In this document: in pieces, positions 1 to 12,690 of the stretch
Position numbering within the stretch: the first letter of the stretch is position 1
How the letters are laid out: each line of letters starts with the position of its first letter
Source: Anaeramoeba ignava BMAN
Lineage: Eukaryota; Protista; Anaeramoebae
Assembly (NCBI GenBank): GCA_028826165.1
Contig: JAPDFW010000058.1
Span: 124,001 to 188,000 of the forward strand
DNA length: 64,000 nt
Direction of reading: 5' to 3'
Program-made: the position numbers and the translations under genes
Notes under the pieces: model-generated
Seen by the model: the letters and a program-made list of their open reading frames with translations, nothing else
Told to the model about the DNA's origin: nothing
Database searches by the model: none

Positions 1-1096
1 TTTCACCTCTTGAAGGGATAAACAATTTTCTAGATTCCAACAAAGGTATCAAAACAGAAAGGATATCAGCGGGAGAAATATCGATATCCTCAATAACAAC
101 CCATCGACCTTCTTGTGCAGCTTTTGCAAGAGGGCCTGATTGCCATTTGAATTCACCTGGCTTGTCTGTGCATATATAACTTCCCAAAAGATCTTTGCTG
201 TCTGTTTGGTCTCCAATTATGATTTTTATCATTGAAGATCTATTTCCTGTTAGATCTGCAAGCCCATCAATAAGTGTTGTTTTTCCAGAGCCAGGAATTC
301 CTTCTAAGAGAATTGGGCGTCCTTGACTAATAGCAAGAGAGACTGAACTTAGATTTTTCAATGTTGTTTGTGTGAGAACAATTTCTGAATTTTTTTGAGT
401 GAATTTTTCATTAATATTTGAAGGAATTTGTTGTGAATGCAATTTTTTTGTTAAAATAACTTGACCAAATTGAACCAATTGATTTTCTAAATTAATATTT
501 TCTAAATCAATATTTTCTAATTTAATATTTTCTAATTGATTTTCCTCATTCAAAAAATTTATATCATTTGTAAATTGTTGTGAATATATTTTTCGATTTC
601 TAACATCTTTGGAACAATATCTTTCAAGCATTTCTCTTCTTTTTAAATCACTTATATTAAATAACTTGCTAATTATAAGAGTTGCATAAAATCTAATTTC
701 AATTTGTTGATGAAAAAGTAAATTGAACAAAAAAGAATAATCCAAAATTGATTGAAATTTTTCAGTTGAAAATGAAAAAAAATTAAACAATGTTTTTGTT
801 ATTAAAAGTGTTTCTCTATCATTTTGTTTTTCTGCTGAAATTGTTTCTAAAATATGTTTTTTGGTTGAAATAAATTGAAGAATAAAAGGAAGTGATTGTG
901 GAATTATTGGAAGTAAAAGACTTAAAATATATAAAATTTTTTGAAGTTTTTTAATTGAAAAATTTGTTTTCGAATTTTTTTGAATAAAACCAACTAAAAG
1001 TTTAAAAAGTTGTTTTTTATCTTTTTTAAGTAAATAATTTGAAAGTTTTAAATTTGAAAATAAACTTTCAAAATTAAAATTTTGTTTTTTTGACAT
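1..1096 (-). CDS. MDN1: Midasin (Rea1/MDN1) AAA ATPase, 5' part; runs off the window start
   Basis: Absent from the ORF track because there is no stop in the window. ATG at 1096 (MSKKQNFNF...) is in frame with PILLEGIPGSGKTTLI (Walker A, ~281-315) and DSKDLLGSYICTDKPGEFKWQSGPLAKAAQEGRWVVIEDID, which is typical of midasin AAA1. Confidence 0.9.
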   Translation of the reverse strand, partial: MSKKQNFNFESLFSNLKLSNYLLKKDKKQLFKLLVGFIQKNSKTNFSIKKLQKILYILSLLLPIIPQSLPFILQFISTKKHILETISAEKQNDRETLLITKTLFNFFSFSTEKFQSILDYSFLFNLLFHQQIEIRFYATLIISKLFNISDLKRREMLERYCSKDVRNRKIYSQQFTNDINFLNEENQLENIKLENIDLENINLENQLVQFGQVILTKKLHSQQIPSNINEKFTQKNSEIVLTQTTLKNLSSVSLAISQGRPILLEGIPGSGKTTLIDGLADLTGNRSSMIKIIIGDQTDSKDLLGSYICTDKPGEFKWQSGPLAKAAQEGRWVVIEDIDISPADILSVLIPLLESRKLFIPSRGE

Positions 1097-1272
1097 TTTT
1101 ATTTATTTTTAAAATTGAAGAAAAAAAAAATGAAAAAAATGAAAAAAATGAAAAAAAATTTTTTTTTAATTTAAAAAAATAAAAAGGAGAAAAAAGAAAA
1201 GAAAAGAAAAGAAGAAAAAACAAAAATTTCATTTTTTTTCTTTTTTAAATTAAATTTTTTAATAATTAAATA

Positions 1273-4200
1273 ATGTTAACTGGTAAAAATATAATTTATA
1301 AAATTAAAAATTAAAATTATAAAAAAATTAAATTAAAAAATAAATAAAAGATAAAGAAATTGAAAATGGATGGATAAAAATAATAAAAAATAATCCACCA
1401 ATTTCTCGTTATGGACAATGTTCAGGTTGTTATATGAATCAACATTTTAGTTTTGGAGGTGATGGAATTTCTGGTTATTTATCAGATTTAATTTGTTTTG
1501 ATTTTATTACTCATGAATGGAAAGAAATTGAATTAACTGGTGATATTCCTGAAAAGAGAACTGGTCATTCTGGTGTTATTGACCATCAAAATGGAATTTT
1601 TTATATTTTTGGAGGGTTTTTATCAATTTCCATATAAATATTTTTAATATTGATTTTAAATATAAATATAATTATAAATATAAATATAAATATAAATATA
1701 AATATAAATATAAATATAAATATAAATATAAATATAAATATAAATATAAATATAAATATAAATATAAATATAAATATAAATATAAATATAAATATAAATA
1801 TAAATATAAATATAAAATATAAATATAAATATAAATATAAATATAAATATAAAATAAACATAAATATAAATATAAATCTAAATATAAATCTAAATATAAA
1901 TATAAATCTAAATATAAATATAAATATAAATATAAATATAAATATAAATATAAATATAAATATATAAATATAAATATAAAATAAATATAAATATAAAAAT
2001 ATAAATATAAATATAAATATAAATATAAATATAAATATAAATATAAATATAAATATAAATATAAATATAAATATAAATATAAATATAAATATAAATATAA
2101 ATATAATTATAAATATAAATATAAATCTAAATCTAAATATAAATATAAATATAAATATAAATATAAATATAAATTAATTTTAATTTTAATTTGAATATTA
2201 ATAAAAAAAAGTATTAAAGATGGAGGTGTATTTTTAAATGATCTTACCGCAATTGATTTAAATAATTTTTCATGCAAATTACTTAAACATTCTTCTACTG
2301 CTTGTGAACCTCGTTCAAGAACAACACCAGTTCTTTATAATAATAAAATTTATCTTTTTGGAGGTTTTTCTTCAAATTATGGTGATTATAATGATATTTG
2401 TTGTTTTGATTTAGAACGATCTAAATGGTCTAAAATTCCAACAAAAGGAAATCCACCATTATCAAGAGGAGGACATGTAACACTTTTACAGGATGATACT
2501 ATGTATATTTTTGGTAAAGAGATTAAAAATTAATTTTAATATTAATTTTGATATTAATTTTATAAATGAATTTTAATTTTAATTTTATAAATGAATTTTA
2601 ATTTTAATTTTAATTTTAATTTTAATTTTAATTTTAATTTTAATTTTAATTTTAATTTTAATTTTAATTTTAATTTTAATTTTAATTTTAATTTTAATTT
2701 TAATTTTAATTTTAATTTTAATTTTAATTTTAATTTTAATTTTAATTTTAAATTTATAAATTAATTTTAATTTTAATTTTAATTTGAATTTTAAATTTAT
2801 AAATTAATTTTAATTTTAATTTGAATTTTAAATTTATAAATTAATTTTAATTTTATAAATGAATTTTAATTGTAATATTAATTTTAATCTCGAAAAGGTG
2901 GATGCGGTGGAAGAAACCCACATCATTACAATGACCTCCATACATACAATATTTCTAAAAACGAATGGAAAAATATCAAAACAAAAGGAAAAAAACCATT
3001 TCCAAGAAGAAATCACTCAGCAGCAATTTTGAATAATAAAATTTATATTTATGGAGGAAAACCAGGAGATGGAACAAAATTTCTTTCAGATCAAAAACAC
3101 ATTTTCCAAGATTTTTGGGTTTATGATATCAAAAAAAATAAATGGGAGGAAATTTTGCCACAATCAGGAATATCAAATGTTCCAACAAAAGAAACCTTTA
3201 AAGGATTACAAAGTAATTTAGGAGGATATATTCCAATTATGCACGCAGAGAATTGGCCATCAGGTCGTGTTGGTCATTCTTTTGCAACTTTAAACAATTC
3301 TATTATTTTGTTTGGAGGAATTTTTGATTTGCAAGGAGATTTCCCTCTTAATGACTTGTTTGTTTATAATGTTTCAGGATTTCCTGAACAAAATCAATTT
3401 AAAGAAATCATGCAATCGGAAAAACTATGTGATAAACAACTCAATTTGTTTGGCTACTCTCTTCTTTGTAATTCCAATTTATTGCAACTTCGATTAAACC
3501 AGTTTGTTTTGCATGATCCAAGAAATGATTCAAGAATTTTGGAATTGAATGTTTTGGAAAATTATTTACTTCATAGTCTTGGAAAGGAAGAAGTTGTTAA
3601 AGCTTTGATTATGTTTTTATATTGCGGAATTTTTGACAATTCATCAATCAAAACGCAAAAATCACTTCTTGAACTCTATCAACTTGCTAAAAATCTTGAT
3701 TTCAAAGAATTAATTTTACTTTGTGAAGGTCGGTTTGTAATTAATGAAGAAAATTCTCATTTGTGGTCAATATCGCAACTTTACAACCAAGAAAACACAA
3801 AAAATTTCACGTTGACAGTTGGAAATGAAACTGTAATGGTTCATAAATTTGTTCTTGCTTTGAGAAGTAAACTTTATTTCGATATGTTTCGAAGTGTTGA
3901 CGATAGCTCAAATGTTGCTCCAGATCTCAGTGGATTATCAGTAAATGCTGTTAAGGAATTGATCAAGTTTTTTTATTTTGGGAAAATTGATGAAAATTTC
4001 GATTTGAAAATTTGTTTAGAACTTTCTGGATTTTCGGATTATTATCAACTTTATATCCCTTTGGAAACCTTTATTACACAAAGAATTAACACTTATTTGG
4101 CTTCAAAGAAAACCCGAAGTTGGTCTGTTGATGATGTTTGTTTGTGGTTGACTGTTATTGGATTTGGTGATTTGATTCCTATTTTTCTTGATTTGAATAT

Positions 4201-4312
4201 TAATGGTTCAAAATTAATGAAAATTAAATTCAATGAATTAAAAACTAAATTTGATATGAATATTGTTGGTCCAAGATTACTATTAAATTCTAAAATTAGA
4301 GCATTGAAATAA
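1273..4312 (+). CDS. Kelch-repeat + BTB + BTB + C-terminal SAM protein (LZTR1-like); exons 1273-1282, 1351-1615, 2212-2513, 2898-4312
   Basis: GT-AG introns give one frame. Kelch motifs (R.GH, YIFGG, NDL..Y, W) are present. BTB: NFTLTVGNETVMVHKFVLALRS. SAM: SWSVDDVCLWL...NINGSKLMK...IVGPRLLL. Confidence 0.85.
1660..2170 (+). repeat. (ATAAAT)n intronic microsatellite
   Basis: Long hexamer run inside intron 2 of the Kelch gene; it generates the spurious IN/IF ORFs. Confidence 0.95.
2590..2750 (+). repeat. (TTTTAA)n intronic microsatellite
   Basis: Hexamer run in intron 3 of the Kelch gene. Confidence 0.9.
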
Positions 4313-4358
4313 AATCAAAATCAAAATTTTTTTTCATTTTTTCTTGTTTTCAAATTTT

Positions 4359-6586
4359 ATGAATTCTTCACAAATTTTTCATTTAAATCAATTTTTAGAA
4401 AATAATAAAAATATTAATTCAAAAGATACTTTGGGTCAAACAAAACTTTTTCAAATTTTAAAAAAAGAAACTCAAATTGAAATTTTAGAAGATTTAAAAA
4501 AATTAGGTTCAGATATTAAAATTAAAGATAAAAATCAACAAACTCCTTTACATATTGCAAGTTATTATCAAAAAGATGTTTCCATTTTCAAATTTTTAAT
4601 AGAATGGGGAGCAGAAATTAATCAAGTACAAAACAAAAACCAGAATTGTCTTCATTTAGCTTGTCTCAGTGAACGTCCATTCCAAATTATCCAATATTTG
4701 ATTCTTATTGGAATTGATCCAAATTTAAAAGATTTTTATGGAAAAACTCCACTTCATTATTCAATTCAATATAATCAAGATCCAAAAATAATTTCTCTTT
4801 TGATAAAACATTCTTCATCAATAAATATTGAGGATGATAATGGACAGATTCCTTTGCATTATTGTGGATTATTTTGTTCAAATTTTGAAATTTTCCAAAT
4901 TTTACTTGAAAATGGATCAAATGTGAATTTTGAAGATCAAACAAAATCAACAACTTTACATTATCTAACAAAGAAATATCAGCCTAATTTAACCCAAATT
5001 ATCAAATTATTTATTGATTCAAATGCAGAATTAAATATTCAAGATAATTCAATGAAAACACCTCTTCATTATGCTTGTCAATATTGTTCGAATGATTTGT
5101 CAAGTATAAAAATATTGATTGAAAATGGAAGTGAAAAAAATATTTTAGATCGAGATGGTCGTCTTCCTTTTCACTATATATGCAATAATAAATCATCACT
5201 TGAGGTTGTGAAAATGGTTCAAAACTCTCTAGATGATGCAAAAATATGGGATCATTATCAACAAATCCCACTTCATTTTGCTTGTGAATTTGATTCAAAA
5301 ATTGAAGTTTTGGAATATCTTCTTGATTTGAACAGCGATATTAATTCACAAGATATACATTTAAAAACTCCCTTGCATCTTATTTGTTCCAAAAGCACAA
5401 GTTGTGAAAAAATACAATTATTATTGCGATATAATGCAAATCCAGATTTACTAGATTTATCAAAAAGAATTCCTCTTCATTATTCTTGTTGGAAATCAAA
5501 TGATTTGCAAATCATCTCAATTTTACTATCAAAAACAACTCAAAGAAATGTTCTTGATAATCAAAACCAAACTCCCTTTCATTTTGCTTGTAAAAGAACA
5601 GATAATCTTGAAGTAATTGAATTTTTGATTCAAAATGGATTTGATTTAAATATTCAAAATTGTGAAGGAAAAACCCCTCTTTATTTCGCTGCTTTAAATT
5701 CAAATTTCCAAGTAGTTAAATTATTACTTAACCACAATGCAATTCTTGGCAATTTTCAATCCAAAAATATTCTTTTCAACAAAGATATTGAAAAACTAAT
5801 ATTTTCTTTCAATTCAATCAATAATGATATGAAAATATTTTTTGATAACCAAGAATTTTGTGATTTGGAGCTTTCTTGTTTAGATCATAAAATCACTCTT
5901 CATAAAATTATTGTGGAATGTAGATTATTTGAAAATCAATTAGATTCAACTGATAAATTTTCAAAAGAAGAAATTTTATCAAAACTTCGTCAAGTTATTC
6001 GAAAAAATACATTCCAAAACTCAAAAATTTTCTTCTCTTTTATTTATTCTGGTTTATTTGATTTGAAAAGTATTTTTATTACTATCAAAAAACAATAATA
6101 TAATATATAATAACAAAATAAAAAAAAAACGAAATAGATCAAACAATTATTGAAGATATTTGTAATGATTTAGGATTTAACGGAAATTGGATTCGATCCA
6201 AAATTGGAAGAAAATCACTAGTTCAAGATTTTGCAAAATTAATTAACTATTCAGATTCAAAAGATTTTGCAATCATTTGTGAATCAAAAAATATTCCAGT
6301 TCATAAAATAATTCTTTGTGCTAGATCAAATATTTATCGGTTTATGTTTTTATCTGTTCAAGATGATTCAAATCAAGTTCATGATTATAGTGGATTATCT
6401 TATAATTCATTTTTACATTTAATAAGATTCTTTTATCTAGATGAGTTTGATTTGATTAGTTCTGAGGATGAAATTGAAGAATTGAAGGATTGTTTGAATT
6501 ATTTTCAATTAAATGAAAACTCTTCCTTTGAAATTAGATTAAAAGAGATTGAGAAAAAATTTGATTTATTAAAAAATTTGAACTGA
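4359..6586 (+). CDS. Ankyrin-repeat (~13 repeats) + BTB + BTB protein; intron ~6070-6137
   Basis: Repeated TPLH.AC...LL..G.D.N units and FCDLELSC...LHKIIVECR. After the intron: KDFAIICESKNIPVHKIILCARS...FFYLD...NYFQL. ATG at 4359. Confidence 0.85.
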
Positions 6587-6645
6587 TGAAAATTAAAATG
6601 AAAATTAAAAAAAAATGTGAGAACTTTTTCCTTTTTCTTTTTCTT

Positions 6646-9600
6646 TTAAAAATATCGATCAGAAGAATCAATCATTCTGGAAATTTTATTTGTAAAACTA
6701 GGATACTCATTAATCAAATCCTCAACTGGAATTTGGATCTGATATTTCCAATGATGATTACGATCAGGAGGGTAATTAATTCTTTCATCTTTTGGATTTT
6801 CTATTCTTAAATCAGGATTAATTGAGAACCAATCTTGAATTGGGATTATGCAAATCATTGAATCACTTTCCAAGTTTTGCTTGATAATCTGAGTGCAAAC
6901 TTGAATATCTGCAATTTTTGGAGGATCTCCAAAATTATGAAGGATTTTATTCCAATAATATTTGCGATTGTCTGTGATTTCCCACCATTCACGAATATTT
7001 TCACTATCATGAGTTGAAGTTGAAGTCATTGACATATAATCAAATTTTTTGGGGTTATCAAAAGGTGATTCACTTGTATTAGAAGACATTCTTTCAATTT
7101 TCATTCCAGGAATTTGCATTTCTTTGAGAATGGGATCTAGACACTGGGGTTTGAATCCCAAGTCTTCTGCAATGATTAGCATCTTTGTTTTTTGAGTTAA
7201 TAAAGGAAGTCTTTTTCTTGCTGTTTGTTTCCATAATGATTCTTGTTTAGAATAGAAATATTCGTTTGATAATTTGAGAAGAACTTTTTGTATGTTAAAA
7301 TCAAGATCTTGGAATGATAATGTTTTTTGCAAATCGTATCTTGGATAAAATCTAAATAAAAGTAAAAGTTTTTTATGAAAATCAAATGAGAAAGAAAAAT
7401 ATTTCTTTTTGTATTTGAATTTGGAAAAATTATTTCATCAAAAATTTACACATCAGAATCAGGATTTCCTAAAAGACAAACTTCACTAATTAATGCAAAT
7501 AGAACTTCTTTCATTTTTTGATCTTCAACTTTCTCATAAATTTTGGATTGTGTATCAAAATCAGGTTTGAATTGAAAATTTCCAAATTGATCCTTTTCCA
7601 AAAAGTCATGAATTTTTTCGAGTTGATCCTTTTCCAAATAGTGTTCTAAAACATGAAAAGATAAATAAGGTTGACAAAGTCTTTGGAAATTTTGGATTCC
7701 CAAATTAATCAATTCTTGACGGTAAATTGGAATAGAAGGATTAAAATGACCCATTAAACCTTGTTTGTAATAATTAGGAATTTCCCAAATACGGAACCAT
7801 CCAATAATATGATCGACTCTGAGAGCCTGGAAATACTTTTCAAGACATGTCAATCTATTTATCCAATATTTATAATTTGATCTTTCCATTTCCATCCAAT
7901 TATAAGTTGGGAAAAACCAGTTTTGGCCTTTCTTTGAAAAATAATCTGGAGGAGCTCCTGCATTGCAATCCAAATTAAAAAGAGAAGGCTGAGTCCATAC
8001 ATCAGCGCTTCTTAAATCCACTCCAATGGGAAGATCTCCCATCAATACAATTCCAAGTCTATTTGCTGTTTTGACGGCTGTGCTTAACTGTTTGTCAAGC
8101 TCAAATTGAATCCAAACATAAAACATTACTCCATCAAAAATATCCGATTTTGCTGTCATTAAAAAATTAATTTCTTCCTGTGTTACTTGGCGGAATTTAT
8201 CCCACAAATTAAAGTCTGATATTCCGTTTTTATCCGCCAAAGCACACAAAACAGAATAAGCTGGTAACCATGAGCTGTTTTCTCTGATAAATTTTGCAAT
8301 TTCTTTTGATTCCTTGATTTTTTCTTTATTGATCAAAAATATTTTCCTTAAAAAATCCATTTTAGTCTTGATAACTTCGGGATAATCAAGTTCTGGATAT
8401 TTAAAAATATTGCGATTTGTTTTTGGATCGCGAACCATTTGGTTCATTTCCTTTTTGACGTTTTCAATTTCCGTTCTAATTTCATCAGAAAGATCAAGAC
8501 TATCAAGATTGATGTAAATAGGATGCAAAGCAATTGAAGAAAGAGCGGAATATGGATAAGAATCATCCCAAGTTCCTGTAATTCTTGTATCATTAATTGG
8601 CAGAATTTGAATAAAACGGAAATGCGCACGACTTGCCCAATCAGCCAATAATTCAATATCATTAAACTCTCCAACTCCAAGACCATTTTTTGATCTTATT
8701 GAGAAAACTGGGATTGAAATTCCTGCAATTCTTGGTTTTATTTGGTTTTGTGATGAACGAAGATTTCCTCCATCCAAAAATATTGCTTGAATATTTGATT
8801 TGAAATTTGATTTTAAATCTAAATTTTTTTCTGTTAATTTTGCTTTTCGATTTCCACCAAATTCATGATCAAATTTTTCTTCTGATATATAGCTTATATT
8901 TTCTTGTCTTGGACACACTATGTATTTATATTCGAATGGAAAATCTTCTTTTTCCATCCATACAACTGTTTTCCATATTGGGAATTCTTTATTTGAAACT
9001 GGAATCGAAAGATAAGGATCCCAATTTCCAAGTTTTTTTGAGCTTCCAGTTAATCTTATTTGAAAATTATCGAATGGATTTGTTGAAATTACTCTAAATT
9101 GAACAGGTATTTTGAGTTCTAAAATATTTTTTTTTCAATATTTAAATATTTATTTTGAATATTATTTTGAATTTTATTTTGAATATTTTTGCTTTGTTCT
9201 TCATCAATACCTTTTGGATCATTTTCCCATAAATTAATAATTTCAAAATCTTCGTCTTCAAAAATAGCAGGTTTGAAAAAAACATCAGTAAAAGGAGATT
9301 TTGTTAAAATAAATTCATGATATTTTAAATTTCCAAAAAAAGAATCAGATATTTCAATAAAACCTCTTTGGATATCACTTGAAAAATTTAATTTTCTTGG
9401 GAGACTTTCAATAATAATTTGATTGTTTGAATCAAATGAATCACTTGATTTAACGACATAACGATATTCAATTGGGTTTCCTTTGTGAATATAAGAAAAG
9501 GAAGCATCACACAACCAATTTTCCAATTCATTTTCCATATAATTCATTTTAATAGCCTTTTCAATATTTCCTTTTCCTAATTCAGGATGATTTCCTGTAA

Positions 9601-9994
9601 TATAAACATTTTGTCCAAAATTTGTATTGTAATGAACTTTAAACCTAATGATAATTTTTCCTTGTGATTTTGTTATTGATTCCCCCCATTCATCTTGAAT
9701 AAATCTTTTTCCTTCAACATTTGAATTAATTTTCAATTTTCGATTCTTTTTTTGTTCAAAAATAAATTTTTCATTTTGTTTTCTTAAATAAGAATATTGG
9801 AAGTAATTTTCTCTTGAAATTAAAGGAATGTTGATTTCAATTTGACTTAATAATGTATTTGAATCAATTTCAGTTTGAATTTTCAGTTTTTTTGCTTTTT
9901 CTAATTCCCAAGAACCTAATTGAGGTAAAGAACCTGTTATCCAATGTTCTGTTTCATTTTTATTATGTAAAAGTTGAAAAATTAATTTTAACAT
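6646..9994 (-). CDS. DPE2: 4-alpha-glucanotransferase (GH77, DPE2-type) with three N-terminal CBM20 domains; introns 9119-9210 and 7352-7449
   Basis: GH77 motifs QILPIND, SYPYSALS, GDLPIGV, GAPPD, and catalytic LRVDH, AEDLG, STHD. CBM20 motifs: ITGSLPQLGSW, ITGNHPELGKG, LTGSSKKLGNW. Confidence 0.92.
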
Positions 9995-10109
9995 TTTTTT
10001 TTTAATTTAAAATAAAAAAGGAAAAAAAGGAAAAAAATGAAAAAAATTTAATTTGGAAAAAGTTAATAAAAAAAAAAAAGAGGAATTCTTTCTTATTTTT
10101 TCTTATTTC

Positions 10110-10360
10110 TTCTTTCATTTTTTATTCCATTTTTTATTTCATTTCTTATTCCATTTTTTATTCCATTTTTTATTTCATTTTTTATTTCATTTTTTATTCC
10201 ATTTTTTATTCCATTTTTTATTCCATTTTTTCTTATTTTTTATTTCATTTTTTATTCCATTTCTTATTCCATTTTTTATTCCATTTTTTATTTCATTTCT
10301 TCTTTTATTTTTTATTTCATTTCTTCTTTTATTTTTTATTCCATTTTTTATTCCATTTTT
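10110..10360 (+). repeat. ~12-bp tandem repeat (TTCCATTTTTTA)n, intergenic
   Basis: Visible periodicity; explains the spurious FHFL ORF. Confidence 0.85.
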
Positions 10361-10362
10361 TC

Positions 10363-11250
10363 TTATTTTTTAGAATTTTGAGTTTCTTCTTTTTCTTTTG
10401 ATAAAAAGTTTCTTAAATTATTTAAACCATCAACAAGAACACTTGGAACAGCTCTATTAACAAGACCATAACTAATATATCCTTTAATATCACTTTGAAC
10501 GATATAACAAACTTTTGTAGCAATAATTTTTTTTTCGTTAATTTGGGTTTGATTTTTATTTTCTTTCTCATTTTCTTTTTCTTGATTGTCATCTTTTTTT
10601 TCAATTTTAATGTCATTCTCCTTTTGTTTTTCTTCTTCTTTTTCTTTTTCTTTTTCTTTATTTTCTTTTTCTTTATTTTCTTGATTGTCATCTTGTTTTT
10701 CAATTTTAATGTCATTCTCCTTTTCTTTTTCTTTATTTTCTTTTTCTTCATAAATTGGAATCATAACAAATCCACTTGGGAAATTATTCCCTAAAACACC
10801 TTTAATTTTCTTTTTTGGAGCAGAAACTGATTTTCCCGAATTAACAATAATTCCATTTTCAAAAGGAATAAAAGAACGAACATCAAAAAAATTTCTAGAA
10901 GAAATTAAACCTTTATAAACTTTATTAGTAATTGTATGACAAAGTTCAGTTTTTGTTTCTTCATCATAACATTTCAAAACTTCAATTGATTTTGTTTCTT
11001 TATCCCATTTAAGTCTTTTTTTAATATCATAAAGTAAATTTCTAATTTCAAGTGGAGTTGTGTTTTCTATTATTGTTAATGCTTTAAATCGATGAACTGG
11101 ATTTTTTTCTATAATTTTTTTAAAAACTGTTGTTTTTGCATCTTTTGATTTTTGTTTTTCCCATTTATCTGATTCATCAAGTGAATCTTGAAGAACTATT
11201 TCTGCTGTTTCTCTTGCCTCTTTAATAATTTTATCATCTGAATCTGTCAT
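10363..11250 (-). CDS. START lipid-transfer domain protein with a K/E-rich internal insertion
   Basis: ATG at 11250 (MTDSDD). START-like motifs: W...VFKK, RLKWDK, LISSRNFFDVR, G.N.PSGFVM.P, KVCYIVQSDIKG. Confidence 0.8.
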   Translation of the reverse strand: MTDSDDKIIKEARETAEIVLQDSLDESDKWEKQKSKDAKTTVFKKIIEKNPVHRFKALTIIENTTPLEIRNLLYDIKKRLKWDKETKSIEVLKCYDEETKTELCHTITNKVYKGLISSRNFFDVRSFIPFENGIIVNSGKSVSAPKKKIKGVLGNNFPSGFVMIPIYEEKENKEKEKENDIKIEKQDDNQENKEKENKEKEKEKEEEKQKENDIKIEKKDDNQEKENEKENKNQTQINEKKIIATKVCYIVQSDIKGYISYGLVNRAVPSVLVDGLNNLRNFLSKEKEETQNSKK

Positions 11251-11310
11251 TTCAAAAAAAAAATGAAAAATGAAAAAATTGAAAAAATTAAAAAAAATTT
11301 TTTTTAACAA

Positions 11311-12690
11311 TCAAAAATAACATTTTCCATTTTTTAATCTTTAATTTAATTTTAAAAATCTAAAATAGCAAATTCCACTTTTTAATTTTTAATTTGATTT
11401 TAAAAATCAAAAATAACAAATTCCACTTTTTAATCTTTAATTTTTAATTTTAAAAATCAAAAACAACATTTTCCACTTTTTAATATTTAATTTAATTTTA
11501 ACAATCTAAAATAACATTTTCTACTTTTTAATATTTAATTTAATTTTAAAAATCTAAAATAACATTATCCACTTTTTAATATTTAATTTTAATTTTAAAA
11601 ATCTAAAATAACAAATTCCAATTTTTAATTTTTAATTTAATTTTAAAAATCAAAAATAACATTTTCTACTTTTTAATATTTAATTTAATTTTAAAAATCT
11701 AAAATAACATTTTTCACTTTTTAATATTTAATTTAATTTTAACAATCTAAAATAACAAATTCCATTTTTTAATTTTTAATTTAATTTTAAAAATCAAAAA
11801 TAACAAATTCCATTTTTTAATATTTAATTTAATTTTAAAAATCAAAAATAACAAATTCCAATTTTTAATTTTTAATTTAATTTTAAAAATCTAAAATAAC
11901 AAATTCCAATTTTTAATTTTTAATTTAATTTTAAAAATCTAAAACAACATTTTTCACTTTTTAATTTTTAATTTAATTTTAAAAATCTAAAATAACAAAT
12001 TCCAATTTTTAATTTTTAATTTAATTTTAAAAATTTAAAATAACATTTTTCACTTTTTAATATTTAATCTTTAATTTAATTTTAAAAATCTAAAATAACA
12101 AATTCCAATTTTTAATATTTAATCTAATTTTAAAAATCTAAAATAATATTTTCCATTTTTTAATATTTAATTTTAATTTTAAAAATCTAAAATAACAAAT
12201 TCCACTTTTTAATTTTTAATTTAATTTTAACAATCTAAAATAACATTTTCTACTTTTTAATATTTAATTTAATTTTAAAAATCTAAAATAACAAATTCCA
12301 TTTTTTAATATTTAATTTAATTTTAACAATCTAAAATAACATTTTCTACTTTTTAATTTTTAATTTAATTTTAAAAATCTAAAATAACATTTTTCACTTT
12401 TTAATCTTTAATTTAATTTTAAAAATCAAAAATAACAAATTCCACTTTTTAATTTTTAATTTAATTTTAAAAATCAAAAATAACAAATTCTAATTTTTAA
12501 TTTTTAATTTAATTTTAAAAATTTAAAATAACATTTTCCAATTTTTAATATTTAATTTAATTTTAAAAATCAAAAATAACAAATTCTACTTTTTAATATT
12601 TAATTTAATTTTAAAAATTTAAAATAACATTATCCACTTTTTAATCTTTAATTTTATTTTAAAAATTTAAAATAACATTATCCACTTTTC
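11311..12690. repeat. ~48-bp minisatellite, ~28 copies (AAAAATCTAAAATAACAAATTCCACTTTTTAATTTTTAATTTAATTTT)
   Basis: The TTCCA core recurs at ~11325, 11373, 11421, 11471 and onward. It fills the space between the divergent START and AAA genes. Confidence 0.9.

Noticed and set aside
1601-1967. Low-complexity ORFs (IN, IF, IK, IL, NF, FHFL, NFIN repeats) here and at 10053, 17613, 20434, 25241, 26883-27289, 55517, 58236, 63538
   Set aside because: They are translations of stop-free intronic or intergenic microsatellites.
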